Shown here in pieces: positions 48,606 through 59,256 of a stretch of DNA of 64,000 nucleotides; the stretch's first letter is position 1, and each line of letters begins with the position of its first letter. This DNA is from Oopsacas minuta (lineage: Eukaryota; Animalia; Porifera). The stretch spans positions 1,215,930 to 1,279,929 of the forward strand of contig JAKMXF010000222.1 in NCBI GenBank assembly GCA_024704765.1, in the 5' to 3' direction. The notes below the pieces were generated by a model that worked only from the letters and a program-made list of their open reading frames with translations, had not been told where the DNA came from and did no database searches. Both the position numbers and the translations under genes were made by a program.

Positions 48606-50951
48606 ATGACATCCCTTCATTCCTCTCTACCCTCTCCCGGCAGAATAACATGGAGTAAGGACCTGTCGGCCATAGCTAGAGATCCAAACACTCAATACCT
48701 CAGAGTACGTCACGTGGTTATCCGAGGTACTGAGATAAATCAGAAACCCTCTCCTTACGTAGTTTATAAGATAGATGTAGTTACTGAGTCTAACAACTGG
48801 TTTGTGTATAAGCGATACTCACAGTTCCACAGTTTGCATTTCAAACTCCACAAGAAGTTTGGTTTGTCTTGGGACTTGCTTCCTAAAAAAATAGTCTCTG
48901 GTAATTTAGATCCAAAGAACATATCAACAAGGAAGAAGCTCTTGGAGCATTACCTCCAGAAGCTAATCAATTCTGACAGTAATATAGCCATGTGTAATGA
49001 ACTCTTACATTTCCTAGATGTGTATTATCACGATGTTGTCTACGTCACTCGCTCTCTGTCTTCATTCGTGTTCAAACACGGAGATGCTATCCTCTCCAAC
49101 CGACAGCTATTCCAGCTAAGTCCCACTGAGATATACTGTATCGGGAAAAGATTGAAACTTCCTGTAGAGACTAGTCCAAGTGACGTGAGCGACTCCTCAC
49201 AGGACCTGGGTCATCTATTCTCTTTCATCCACCAGCTACACGACCTAATGATTGCTCCCAGACCTGAAATAGGTCATTTTGGTAATGTATCATTCGACCT
49301 ATCAGTATTCAAATCTCTTTCCTATCTTGTCCTTAACAATCTTGACGTTACTCTGATGGAGGGACTACAGAATTTACAAGGACAGATCTTAGACTTTAGA
49401 TGTCACAGGTGTATCTCCTCACTAGATGACGTCCTCGTGCACCCTGTCTGCTCACAGGCACCCTCCCCCCTTCACCCTCCCAACACAGATCATTGGCGTG
49501 TAGAAATGACAGCTCGTTTGGTCCAGCACAAGCTCGTACTCCAGCCCTGGCATTTTCTAGAGAAATTAGACCTCAGTTATAACAAGATATCATCTGTATC
49601 TCAAACACTACACCTCCTGCCGTCTTTACATACCCTCTCTCTCTCACACAACCGTCTCTCCCAGTTAGATCTCCATCTGTTCTCGTTTATATCTCTGAAG
49701 CATGTAGATGTATCTCATAATACAATTAATCTTATATATCGCAGCAAGGCTCCCTTACTCACTATCACTTCTCTTAACGTATCATACAACCAGCTACAGA
49801 ACCTGGACAGCACGGACTGTGTACCTAACATATCTCATCTCAACTTCTCTCACAATCTAGTACACTCTCTGCTGGAATTAGACAAGATGCTTAAACTATC
49901 TAAACTCACTCGATTTGACTTTGCTTATAACCCTATTAGTTCCCAGAAGAATGCACGTATTTCTATAGCAGCAAAATTCTACGTACACAACAAACCAGTA
50001 GAGCTAGATGGTAGTGAGATAACTGAGAAGGAAAAATACAAGATAATGTCTAATATCAACAAGTTTGGTAGTAATGTACAGAACTGGCCTAATGCTATAT
50101 CTCATGTTTCAATATCAAATGTAATAGCAACTAGTTGGATTAACGAGCAGACATCATCTAGAGATCATCAGCGTAGTTTAAGCTATAGTATAAGCAACAG
50201 TCTCTTGTTAGAAGATCCGAATTATGAGGTCAGTTGGTCCCACTTCTCAAGTCCTACTGGAGGAACTCAATCTCCCTCTATAACAAGCAGTGCTATATCT
50301 ACCCCAGTAGACTCCCTCTCTTCCCCTACTCCTCCACTGAGGAACGTTCTCACCCCAGAGAATCCTCTAGAAGATGTGTTCATATATTCTGACTCTTCTC
50401 AGTCCCAACAACTGTTGCTAGATACTGATAACTCTCAAGGGTATTTGGAACCTCCCACTATCATATCTCCTGTTCCTCTTCCTGATGAGACAGCTACAGC
50501 TGATTCCTTGGATGAAGATTTAGACTTGTCTCACACCCCTATCCCCCCAGGGAGTCGTACACCTGATTTAGACTGTGGTGTAATAACTGTGTCAAAATGT
50601 GCCCTGGCTCATGCACTAGCTCTACTCAGTGTAAATGATTCAGAACAGTTTTTAGATGAATCAGAACATACACCTAAACCTGCTACAGTTTGCTATACAT
50701 CTGAATCAATTACAGCTGCTATTAACACTATTAACCTAACTGATCAGACAAGGAATGTCATACCTGAGGAGAGCTGTACTATGCAACAGGTGCAGTTAGA
50801 GGATAAAATTATGCAAGCAATAAACTCTATGTTAGATTCCGCAGAAGTGACAGACCTGCACATCAACATGAATAATCAGCCGCAGGAGTCCGAAAGCAAT
50901 CAGCTAAGACCTCATGATATTGCATGTAGCATAAATGAGCGTGTTCTATAA
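48606..50951 (+). CDS. NISCH: Nischarin-like PX + LRR protein, intronless, with divergent shorter C-terminus
   Basis: PX domain (YVVYKI..KRYSQFHSLH..LLPKK..YLQKL), TEIYCIGKRLKLP, DLGHL, FDLSVFKSL, and LRRs (LDLSYNKI, LSLSHNRL). Confidence 0.85.
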   Translation: MTSLHSSLPSPGRITWSKDLSAIARDPNTQYLRVRHVVIRGTEINQKPSPYVVYKIDVVTESNNWFVYKRYSQFHSLHFKLHKKFGLSWDLLPKKIVSGNLDPKNISTRKKLLEHYLQKLINSDSNIAMCNELLHFLDVYYHDVVYVTRSLSSFVFKHGDAILSNRQLFQLSPTEIYCIGKRLKLPVETSPSDVSDSSQDLGHLFSFIHQLHDLMIAPRPEIGHFGNVSFDLSVFKSLSYLVLNNLDVTLMEGLQNLQGQILDFRCHRCISSLDDVLVHPVCSQAPSPLHPPNTDHWRVEMTARLVQHKLVLQPWHFLEKLDLSYNKISSVSQTLHLLPSLHTLSLSHNRLSQLDLHLFSFISLKHVDVSHNTINLIYRSKAPLLTITSLNVSYNQLQNLDSTDCVPNISHLNFSHNLVHSLLELDKMLKLSKLTRFDFAYNPISSQKNARISIAAKFYVHNKPVELDGSEITEKEKYKIMSNINKFGSNVQNWPNAISHVSISNVIATSWINEQTSSRDHQRSLSYSISNSLLLEDPNYEVSWSHFSSPTGGTQSPSITSSAISTPVDSLSSPTPPLRNVLTPENPLEDVFIYSDSSQSQQLLLDTDNSQGYLEPPTIISPVPLPDETATADSLDEDLDLSHTPIPPGSRTPDLDCGVITVSKCALAHALALLSVNDSEQFLDESEHTPKPATVCYTSESITAAINTINLTDQTRNVIPEESCTMQQVQLEDKIMQAINSMLDSAEVTDLHINMNNQPQESESNQLRPHDIACSINERVL

Positions 50952-51219
50952 TACAATTCATTCCTTCAGCGACATTCAATCGTTGTATTTTTCGTTCTTG
51001 ATCCCTGTTTTTTGTTTCTAAGTGTGCATATAGCATTTGTATGTTTACACTTTGGTATTATCCTGTCTGCTCTCATCTCGCTTTTCAGTTAACCAATTGG
51101 TTTGTGGATTTATTATCACATTTTTGTATTTGTTGGATTTATGATATTCTGAATATTATTTCTATAATTAATTTGCCTTTTCAATAAATAATTTTATTTT
51201 AGCAATCTAGACTATTTAA

Positions 51220-51927
51220 ATGGCTTCAAACGGAGAAGACGATTTGAATGACTTTCTAAAACGCGAAGAAGAAAAGTTCTCTCAGCTTGGAGATCCTGCT
51301 CTAACTAGCTCTCCACCCCCTGATATCCAAGAAATCATAACTCAGAGAGATGAAAAGGAAAGAGCTGAAACAGAAGCTTTAGCCTTTAGAGCATCTCTTG
51401 AGGATGAGTCAAGTAACATATCAGCTCTTGAGCTTACACCTGCTGTATATCAGCGTAGATCTTCAGTAGAAGCTATTCCCGAATCGAGTATGCGACGCTC
51501 ATCACTTGAAGCTACATCTATTGAAATGGCCAGTACAGCCTTGTCTCAAGATACTGGTGACTCTATGTTCTCTGTAGAACCTGAATGTATCCAGGCTTGG
51601 AGGCGTGACAAGGAAGAGATGCTTGACCAGAAAGAAGCTGAGGCAAGCGAGGAGATGAGAAAATGGAGAGAAGCAGCTCAGCAAGAGCTCAGAGATTGGT
51701 ACGATCATCACAATAGTCAAGTTGAGACCAGAAAGCAAGACAACAGAGCTGCAGAGCAAGCCTTCATAGATGAGAGGGATCAGTTGGTGCCGGGCACAGA
51801 ATGGGAGAAAGTAGCAAACCTATGCGACTTCTCTGCAAAAGGCCCCGGTAGGAATTCTAAAGATGTTTCTAGAATGCGTTCCATCTACCTCCATCTAAAG
51901 GAGAATCCCCCAGTACAGAAGGTATAG
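51220..51927 (+). CDS. CLTA: Clathrin light chain, intronless
   Basis: EPECIQAWRR, KWREAAQQEL.DWY, PGTEWEKVANLCDF, KDVSRMRSIYLHLK. The symbol reflects family only; invertebrates usually have a single CLC. Confidence 0.92.
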   Translation: MASNGEDDLNDFLKREEEKFSQLGDPALTSSPPPDIQEIITQRDEKERAETEALAFRASLEDESSNISALELTPAVYQRRSSVEAIPESSMRRSSLEATSIEMASTALSQDTGDSMFSVEPECIQAWRRDKEEMLDQKEAEASEEMRKWREAAQQELRDWYDHHNSQVETRKQDNRAAEQAFIDERDQLVPGTEWEKVANLCDFSAKGPGRNSKDVSRMRSIYLHLKENPPVQKV

Positions 51928-52913
51928 CCCTCCTACTGTAACTTAGTTCTCTCTTTATAACTTTACTTAGTAATATAATATCAGCTAGGCTAGTAGCGAG
52001 AAGTGAGGTTGTATATACATTTACTCAAACTTATTCTTGTTCATAACTCCCTCGTTTGATAGTATCCATACTATCCTACTGTTTACCCATGTGTATGTTG
52101 TTCTATGTGTGTGTGAGTGTTGTATTGTTAGAATATACTCTCTATTATTATAGTTAAGTTTTATATCTTCTCTTTAGATTGAAGGAATGTTGCATTGTGT
52201 TGATTGGTTATCTGAAATTTGTTGGTCGAAATTTTATCTATCAGGGAGTCCACAGGGTAGCTCTGTTAGGATACTGATCCTGAACTAATTCGAGTTTCAT
52301 GGTCGGTGACACTTTGTATGTTAGTGGCTGCTGAGTTGGCACTTTTAGATGCCGACTAAGCACCTTGATTACCTCATGATTGGGTTATATCACGACGTGC
52401 CCAATTCGCATGTTTGTATTTGGAATTCAATAGGAAGCTCTAAGTGTTTACAATCTATCCAATCGTGAATTTGATGTTTTTGTAGATATAAATTTCACAC
52501 ATTTTGGGTAAAATTTATTCCTCGGTTTTGAATGTATTATTAGCTTATGCAGTCAGTATTTTGGATCTGCTATTAATATGTAATTATCATTTCTCATTAC
52601 CTTGACAGATTTTTAGCTTATGTAGCTTAATTGCTGTTAGAATGATTTGGGAGGTAAACAATGTAATTGTTAAGAATTCTATTATTATCCATAGTGTAAA
52701 TCCATCCATCATACACATTGTGACTGTTACTACAACAAATTTTTATTGTGTATGGTGAATTTTTCATGCAACAAAGATGCACCTGTCCCCCCTAGCCTGT
52801 CATCTTTGTCCCATTGTCTCTTATAGTATGACAACATCTGTTAATGTACGGGACTATATTTGCAGATTAACAAGAATAGACTTACTATCGTTTGGAGTTT
52901 GACAACATGTGTA

Positions 52914-54056
52914 CAGGGTGGCTCCAAAGCTCTGATACAAAATCATGATTAATATACAACCATTATCAGGAAGTATTCTCAATGGTTTGCTCTCCCACGA
53001 CATACCTTATACGCTTCCTAACAAATATTATTTCAATTTGGTGTATTCTATTTCGAAAAAAAATTGTGATTGGCCATGGAATCTGAGAGGTCAGCAATTA
53101 TTGAGTTGCATATGGCGGGGAAAAGTCCATCAGAAATTTTGAAACTGCTGAATATTGCAAAAGGACGTAGGGCATTTATCTACAGGACGATAAATCGATA
53201 TAAGGAAACTGGGGACACTGTAGACAAGCCGAGATCTGGTCGTCCATGCTCTGTAACGACCTCAGCTCTCAAGAAAGTGGTGCGAGAACGGATTCGGCGG
53301 AACCCACACCGTTCGATATTGGAGTTCTCGAAAATACCATTTTCTCAGATGAGAAAATTTTCACCATTGAAGAGGCTACAGCCAAAACGACAGAGTCATC
53401 TCGCCCTCAGTTTCAGCGATCCCTGATAAATTCAGGTATATCAGTCGGATGAAGAAACCACTGTCGGTGAGGGTTTGGGCTGGGGTCTCTGCTGTTGGTC
53501 GGACACCACTGATTTTCATCCCCCCAGGAGTGAAAATCAATGCCAAAACATACCAAGAGCTTGTATTAGAGCCTGTGGTAAAAGGTCTGAGCCAGACCAT
53601 GTTTTCTGGACAGCAATTTGTCTTCCAACAAGATGGTGCTCCCGCCCATACGGCCAATACGTCCCAAGATTGGCTGAAGCACAATATTCCCAATTTTATA
53701 CATAAGGATGAATGGCCACCATACAGTCCCGATTTAAATCCCATGGACTATTCTGTATGGTCTATCTTGGAAAACAAGGCTTGTTCTGTGTCACACAACA
53801 CAGTTAGCTCTCTAAAGATTTCCTTGTGTCTAGAATGGGAGAAGATACCCCAAGAAACTCTGCGTGCCGCAGTAAAAGGATTCCCGAACAGACTCAGGGC
53901 TGTCATTTGCAAAAAGGGTGGTTATATTGAATAAATGACTAGGCAATCTCTTCCTAATAGCATGTATTAATTATATATAGAGAATCAATAATGTAGGTCA
54001 TGCTGAATAAATATTATAGACAAAATGGTTTGTATCAGAACTTTGGAGCCACCCTG
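52914..54056 (+). mobile_element. Tc1/mariner DD37D (maT) transposon, internally deleted and frameshifted
   Basis: TA TSDs and 28-bp TIR CAGGGTGGCTCCAAAG(C/T)TCTGATACAAA. HTH with PRSGRP, FSDEK, then QQDGAPAH and SPDLNPMD with 37 residues between the last two Asp. Confidence 0.93.
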
Positions 54057-54483
54057 TATGTAATAAGTAGGCAAACTAGGCATAATCAATTACCCCTAAC
54101 TAGCCGTTCCAACGAAATTTCCAGCACCATTCTGAGTAATATGCTAAGAGGTGTGAAAATATGATAAATCATATAGATATAAATTCGAAATTATTAAAAT
54201 TTGAATCGCCAGACTCGATTACCCCTAACTAGCAGTTGAAATGAAAGTTCTAGCATCATTTTGAAAATATGTTTAATCACATGATAAATATGCGAACTTA
54301 CAAGCTCTGAAAATGTCAAAATCGGACTCTATGCACCTAACTACCTTAATTAATCATCAAAAAGGTGTGAAATATTCACTTCAGAAAAAATTCTTACCCG
54401 AGGAGCAAATCTCCGACCCAAAATGTATACGTATGTGTACCCGTTTTTATGTGAATCGGACTGCTAGATTTTGCATGACCGCG

Positions 54484-55706
54484 TTCCTTCAGCGACATTC
54501 AATCGTTGTATTTTTCGTTCTTGATCCGTTTTTTGTTTCTAAGTGTGCATATAGCATTTGTATGTTTACACTTTGGTATTATCCTGTCTGCTCTCATCTC
54601 GCTTTTCAGTTAACCAATTGGTTTGTAGAGTTATTATCACATTTTTGTATTTGTTGGATTTATGATATTCTGAATATTATTTCTATAATTAATTTGCCTT
54701 TTCAATAAATAATTTTATTTTAGCAATCTAGACTATTTAAATGGCTTCAAACGGAGAAGACGATTTGAATGACTTTCTAAAACACGAAGAAGAAAAGTTC
54801 TCTCAGCTTGGAGATCCTGCTCTAACTAGCTCTCCACCCCCTGATATCCAAGAAATCATAACTCAGAGAGATGAAAGGGAAAGAGCTATTGAGATGACCA
54901 GTACAGCCTTATCTCAAGATACTAGTGACTCTATGTTCTCTGTAGAACCTGAATGTATCCAGGCTTGGAGGCGTGACAAAGAAGAGATGCTTGACCAAAA
55001 AGAAGCTGAGCTAAGCGAGAAGATGAGAAAATGGAGAGAAGCAGTTCAGCAAGAGTTCAGAGATTGGTACGATCATCTACTGTTTACCATGTGTATGTTG
55101 TTCTATGTGTGTGTGTGAGTGTTGTATTGTTAGAATATACTCTCTACGAGCCTTTGGCTCGTCGTTTCGCGATAAGCTTGGTGCATTGCGCCTCGAGGTA
55201 TTCAACAGACAAACAACAATTGGGATTTAATCATATTGATGTTGTTTACAATATTCGGACTCAGCATACTCGAATACCCCAGGATAGTCGTTGAAAGTAT
55301 TATTCTACCTCAATTTTGTAATTTGTTTACTTTATATTCATAAAAACAACAATAAATTTACATATGATTAATCCAAAAGTGTGAAAATTGGATTCAGCAT
55401 GTTTGATATATTTAGTGAAGTTTTATTGAATTCTATTTACTTCCTTGATAAACACAATAAATACATAGTTATGCGACAATTTCAAAATTGCATACAGTAA
55501 ATCCTTTCCTTGACAAACAGACAAACAAACAACAATTGAGATTTAATAATATTGATAATTATTATAGTTAAGTTTTATATCTTCTCTTTAGACTGAAGGA
55601 ATGTTGCATTGTGTTCTTGGTTATCTAGGAATTACTTGGTCGAAATTTTATCAATCAGGGACTTCACTGGGGTTGCAATGTTTAGGATACTGATCTTGAA
55701 CTAATT
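54484..55706 (+). pseudogene. Local duplicate of 50961-52290 carrying a deleted clathrin light chain ORF (54741-55118)
   Basis: The upstream 260 bp and CDS are near-identical to the parent. There is an in-frame 153-bp deletion (parent 51367-51519), a 367-bp deletion (parent 51710-52076), and a Helitron insertion at 55147. Confidence 0.9.
55147..55555 (-). mobile_element. Non-autonomous Helitron-like element inserted in the duplicate
   Basis: Minus strand A|TCAATATTATTAAATCTC ... GAGCCAAAGGCTCG|T. The empty site is visible in the parent at ~52145. Confidence 0.85.
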
Positions 55707-56908
55707 ATTAGATCTATATTTGACACTAAAATGGCTCGCATGTTTAGTGGAGCAAGAAGTGCTAATTGCCAGCTATGTACTGCCAACTTCAAGCAAATTC
55801 ATGACTTGGAATTGGCCGAGGCAGCATTTCCGATTAACAGAACTATACATGATGCGAGAATCTTATTCTAAGAAGTAGACGAGGAAGGATTTCTTGCACG
55901 TAAACCTGAGCTAAGATTTAATATCACCCACAAACCAACTTCGGATAAAGATTTTGTTTCAGGTTCTCCTCTATATGCTTATCTTAAATGTTTCGCATGG
56001 TCTTTAAATCTAGTGACCCACTTGGTTGCAGGAGAGACTGATAAATGGTCCCCTTCTTCAACCACTGTTTCAGAGTCCAAGAAGCTTGTAGTCAGTCTAA
56101 TAAAAGACAAGCTGAACATACTTATCGATGTTCCATCTACACAAGGGGGCACATCAACTACAGGAAATGTAGCACAGATTTGTTTGAAGAGACTAGACGG
56201 TAACGACAAAGATTTTCTCTATTGTATTTTGACAATCATTCCACTTGAATACCATACGGCAGTTACTGATATTTCTAACAACCTTGGTGCGATATTACGA
56301 GTCTTCAATTGCAGTAGGAGAATTGACACAGAAGACTAGAAATTGCTTGTAGGGCAGTTTATCAATCGGTTTTAGTAAATTTCCCGTGACCAAAATTCGT
56401 CCGACACTACACGAGCTACTAGCCCATGCTTCAGGTATAATAGCAGATTTTCATGAAGGTCGTGGATTAGAGGCTCTATCTGAAAAAGGCATTGAGGCTT
56501 GTAATAAACAAGTTCGCAGATATAGGGAACTTCTCTCACGAAAATTTGTTATGAAGAGAATATTCTTGACACCTTCATACGTCTGATTTCTCAGAGTGGT
56601 CCCATATTACTGCTGAACAGAAAAATCTCAGAGAAGCAGCCAAACAACTCAACAAGTGAGTTGAAGAGTATTCAATGTCGTTTAGTGAATTCCTTTATTC
56701 TTGATGATGAGAACTAGGTTGGGTATTATTTTTAGTAATAATAAATTGACTATGACATCATAACTAATTAAAGTGAAGACGTACAACAAAACTTAATATG
56801 CCAATCTCTTGATCGGGGTAGAAAACCCATAGGTTAATAGCACTTTTTGTGGGTGTATCTGCACTCTAAATACAAATTTTTAGTAAATAGCCATTTCGTG
56901 CCACTGTG
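55704..56908 (+). mobile_element. 5'-truncated Transib-like (RAG1-core-related) transposase relic with right terminus
   Basis: RSIFDTKM..CQLC, RFNITHKP, SPLYAYLKCF, IDVP..GGTSTTGNVA, IRPTLHELLAH, LEALSEKGIEACNKQVRRYRELLSRK, with stops and frameshifts. It ends CACTGTG at 56902-56908. Confidence 0.78.
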
Positions 56909-57552
56909 TAGGAGCTGCACTAAAAGGCCAGAACTATCCAATACTCTGCTGGAATTAGTACTTTTCCCTCGATCATAAGTCAAATCCTTGGACGGTTGAC
57001 ATTAATGAATACACTACAATATGCCCTCGCTAATCCGAACTCTAAATTCTCATGCCCTCCTGTTCGGCGCTTGTGACTGTTGGGATTAGTGAGGGTCTAC
57101 TTGTGGTTACGCTTATTTATCTGTCTGCTACTAGCTATATCTATTAGCAACAACCTATTAAAGGTCACCATTCCCATATCAATAGTATTTCATTTTAATC
57201 TACTTGGGCGTAGGCTCTTAAGTATATTATAGTACATTATGTGAGAGATAAGAGTAGCATTCTAGTTGCCTACCGAGTTTGCAGACAGTAATTAGAATCG
57301 TGTAAAATGTATAATAGAGATGTATCCATACAGGCCAATTCTAATATGAATTACAGCATAATTGAATTTATCTACCAATTTCTAGTCAAAATACACATGT
57401 ACTGTATCTTTATATTGTTATCAAAATGAATTTGATAACTATTGTAATGTAATGTCTCCTTACATTTGTATGTTCGAACTAATAATCTACGAATTTGCAT
57501 TAATTAACCCACACAATCAGAGGATTAGCAAGTAATACAGTACATTTCTACC

Positions 57553-58386
57553 ATGAAGAGGATCTACTATATCAGTGGTATACTAATAGTGATAGTATGT
57601 ATCAGCCTGTATATTCTCAAGTTAACACGGTTTGCTCTACACTCCAATTCTTCAGACAATCAGGATCAGGATATAGAAGCTGTTTCCCTCACTGATATAG
57701 AAGCTGTTTCCCTCACTGATATAGAAGCTGTTTCCCTCACTGATATAGAAGCTGTTTCCCTCATTGATATAGTAAGCCCGGAATGTAGCAGTATGTTGAA
57801 GAACCTGCATGTAGAGGGCTCCTCAGAACTGGTGGCTAACTCCCACCAAGGAGATGTGCTTCTGTTACATGGAGCTGCATTTACCAGTGAGACATGGAAA
57901 TCTATTAGTACCATAAAGATACTATCTGCCCAGGGTTTCAGGGTTATTGCAGTAGACTTACCTGGATACGGGAAGACCCCTGCGTTAACTGCAGATGATC
58001 CATCTAAAGATAAATTTATTGGTTGTGTTTTGGAGAAATTCGAGCTGGATCATCCTTTCCTGGTAGCTCCTTCCATGAGTGGAGAGTATGCTATCCCTTT
58101 CGTATTGGAACATTTCCAACAGCTCGCAGGGTTCGTACCAATAGCTCCCACTACCGCAACGAGTATAGACCCGAATAGATACGAGAGGATATCTCTACCC
58201 ACCCTCATTCTCTACGGATCTCAGGATAAGGCTGGACAAGAAGTTTCTAAAAAGTATATTAGCAAAATTCCACAGAGTACCATATATGAGGTCTCTAACG
58301 CAGGTCACCCTTGTTATATGGACAATCCTAAAGAATTCCATGTGCAATTGGTTAAATTCCTCATGAAGTATAGACGTAGGAATTGA
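57553..58386 (+). CDS. ABHD14A: ABHD14A-like alpha/beta hydrolase with N-terminal TM anchor, intronless
   Basis: LLLHGAAFTSETW, AVDLPGYG, VAPSMSG nucleophile, YGSQD acid, NAGHPCY His. The N-terminal hydrophobic segment favours ABHD14A over ABHD14B. Confidence 0.82.
   Translation: MKRIYYISGILIVIVCISLYILKLTRFALHSNSSDNQDQDIEAVSLTDIEAVSLTDIEAVSLTDIEAVSLIDIVSPECSSMLKNLHVEGSSELVANSHQGDVLLLHGAAFTSETWKSISTIKILSAQGFRVIAVDLPGYGKTPALTADDPSKDKFIGCVLEKFELDHPFLVAPSMSGEYAIPFVLEHFQQLAGFVPIAPTTATSIDPNRYERISLPTLILYGSQDKAGQEVSKKYISKIPQSTIYEVSNAGHPCYMDNPKEFHVQLVKFLMKYRRRN
57670..57771 (+). repeat. Coding 24-bp x4 VNTR (DIEAVSLT) in ABHD14A
   Basis: Unit GATATAGAAGCTGTTTCCCTCACT; three units are identical and the fourth differs by one base. 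Confidence 0.95.
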
Positions 58387-59256
58387 ATACTTTATACTTC
58401 GTACTTTGTATACTATCAAATGATAATGAGAGTTCATTTACAGCAATCTCCCAGACATACTTTAATTCATTTTCTTATGAATAATTTCTAAAACTGTTAG
58501 TGATCCACCTGGCATTCTTACGCAATCATATATGTGCTGATTTTCGAAATTTGTATGCTAGCGGCCAGCCAATTACACGCTAAAATTACCACATGTTAGA
58601 ATTTGTATTGTACTTCGTAATTTGAGTAAGGATAGCACTGACATTCTGAAAGTGAATAACTAATAACTCAATATTATCATGTGTATGTAGAATTTCGACC
58701 ACTGTAAATATAGAATGTTTAGCGTAGGTTTTATCTCATACCAAACCATCCTGGAATGTTAATTAATATATTTTGTTTGTTTATTTGTGATGTAGGCTTG
58801 CCTAAGGTACCATATACTAATTATTGTGGAAATATATTTGTCTTAATCACAAACAGATCTTAATAATCTGAATGATAAGTTATTCAAGCATCAGGCTATT
58901 CTTAACTTTTATATAATATTTTGGTACATAATAATAATTGTGTAACCATCTTTGGCGGACTATTAGCACCACTGGAGCACTAAAACATGGTGTATTACCT
59001 GACGCAATCCAGGTATATCCTAGATAATTTAGCTTAGAATTAGTTGCAGAGTTCAGATTATCAAATCTGTCCTGTTATAATACTCGCTCTTTAAATGTAT
59101 CAAAACATGACTATCAACCTTAATTATGTTATTACTCTATCTTCATAATATGAAATGAAACCTCTAGCTCTAGTATATGTTACTCAGAATTTGAATATTT
59201 GGAAGCATTACACTTACCACCTCTACATTAAATTATTCTAGCATTTAATTGAATTA

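Noticed and set aside
54313-54708. 131-aa hydrophobic ORF upstream of the CLC duplicate
   Set aside because: It is built from a repeat fragment fused to the duplicated non-coding upstream region; the parent region is not an equivalent ORF.
56870-56908. A complete 12- or 23-RSS at the Transib end
   Set aside because: Only the heptamer matches; there is no ACAAAAACC-like nonamer at 12 or 23 nt spacing.
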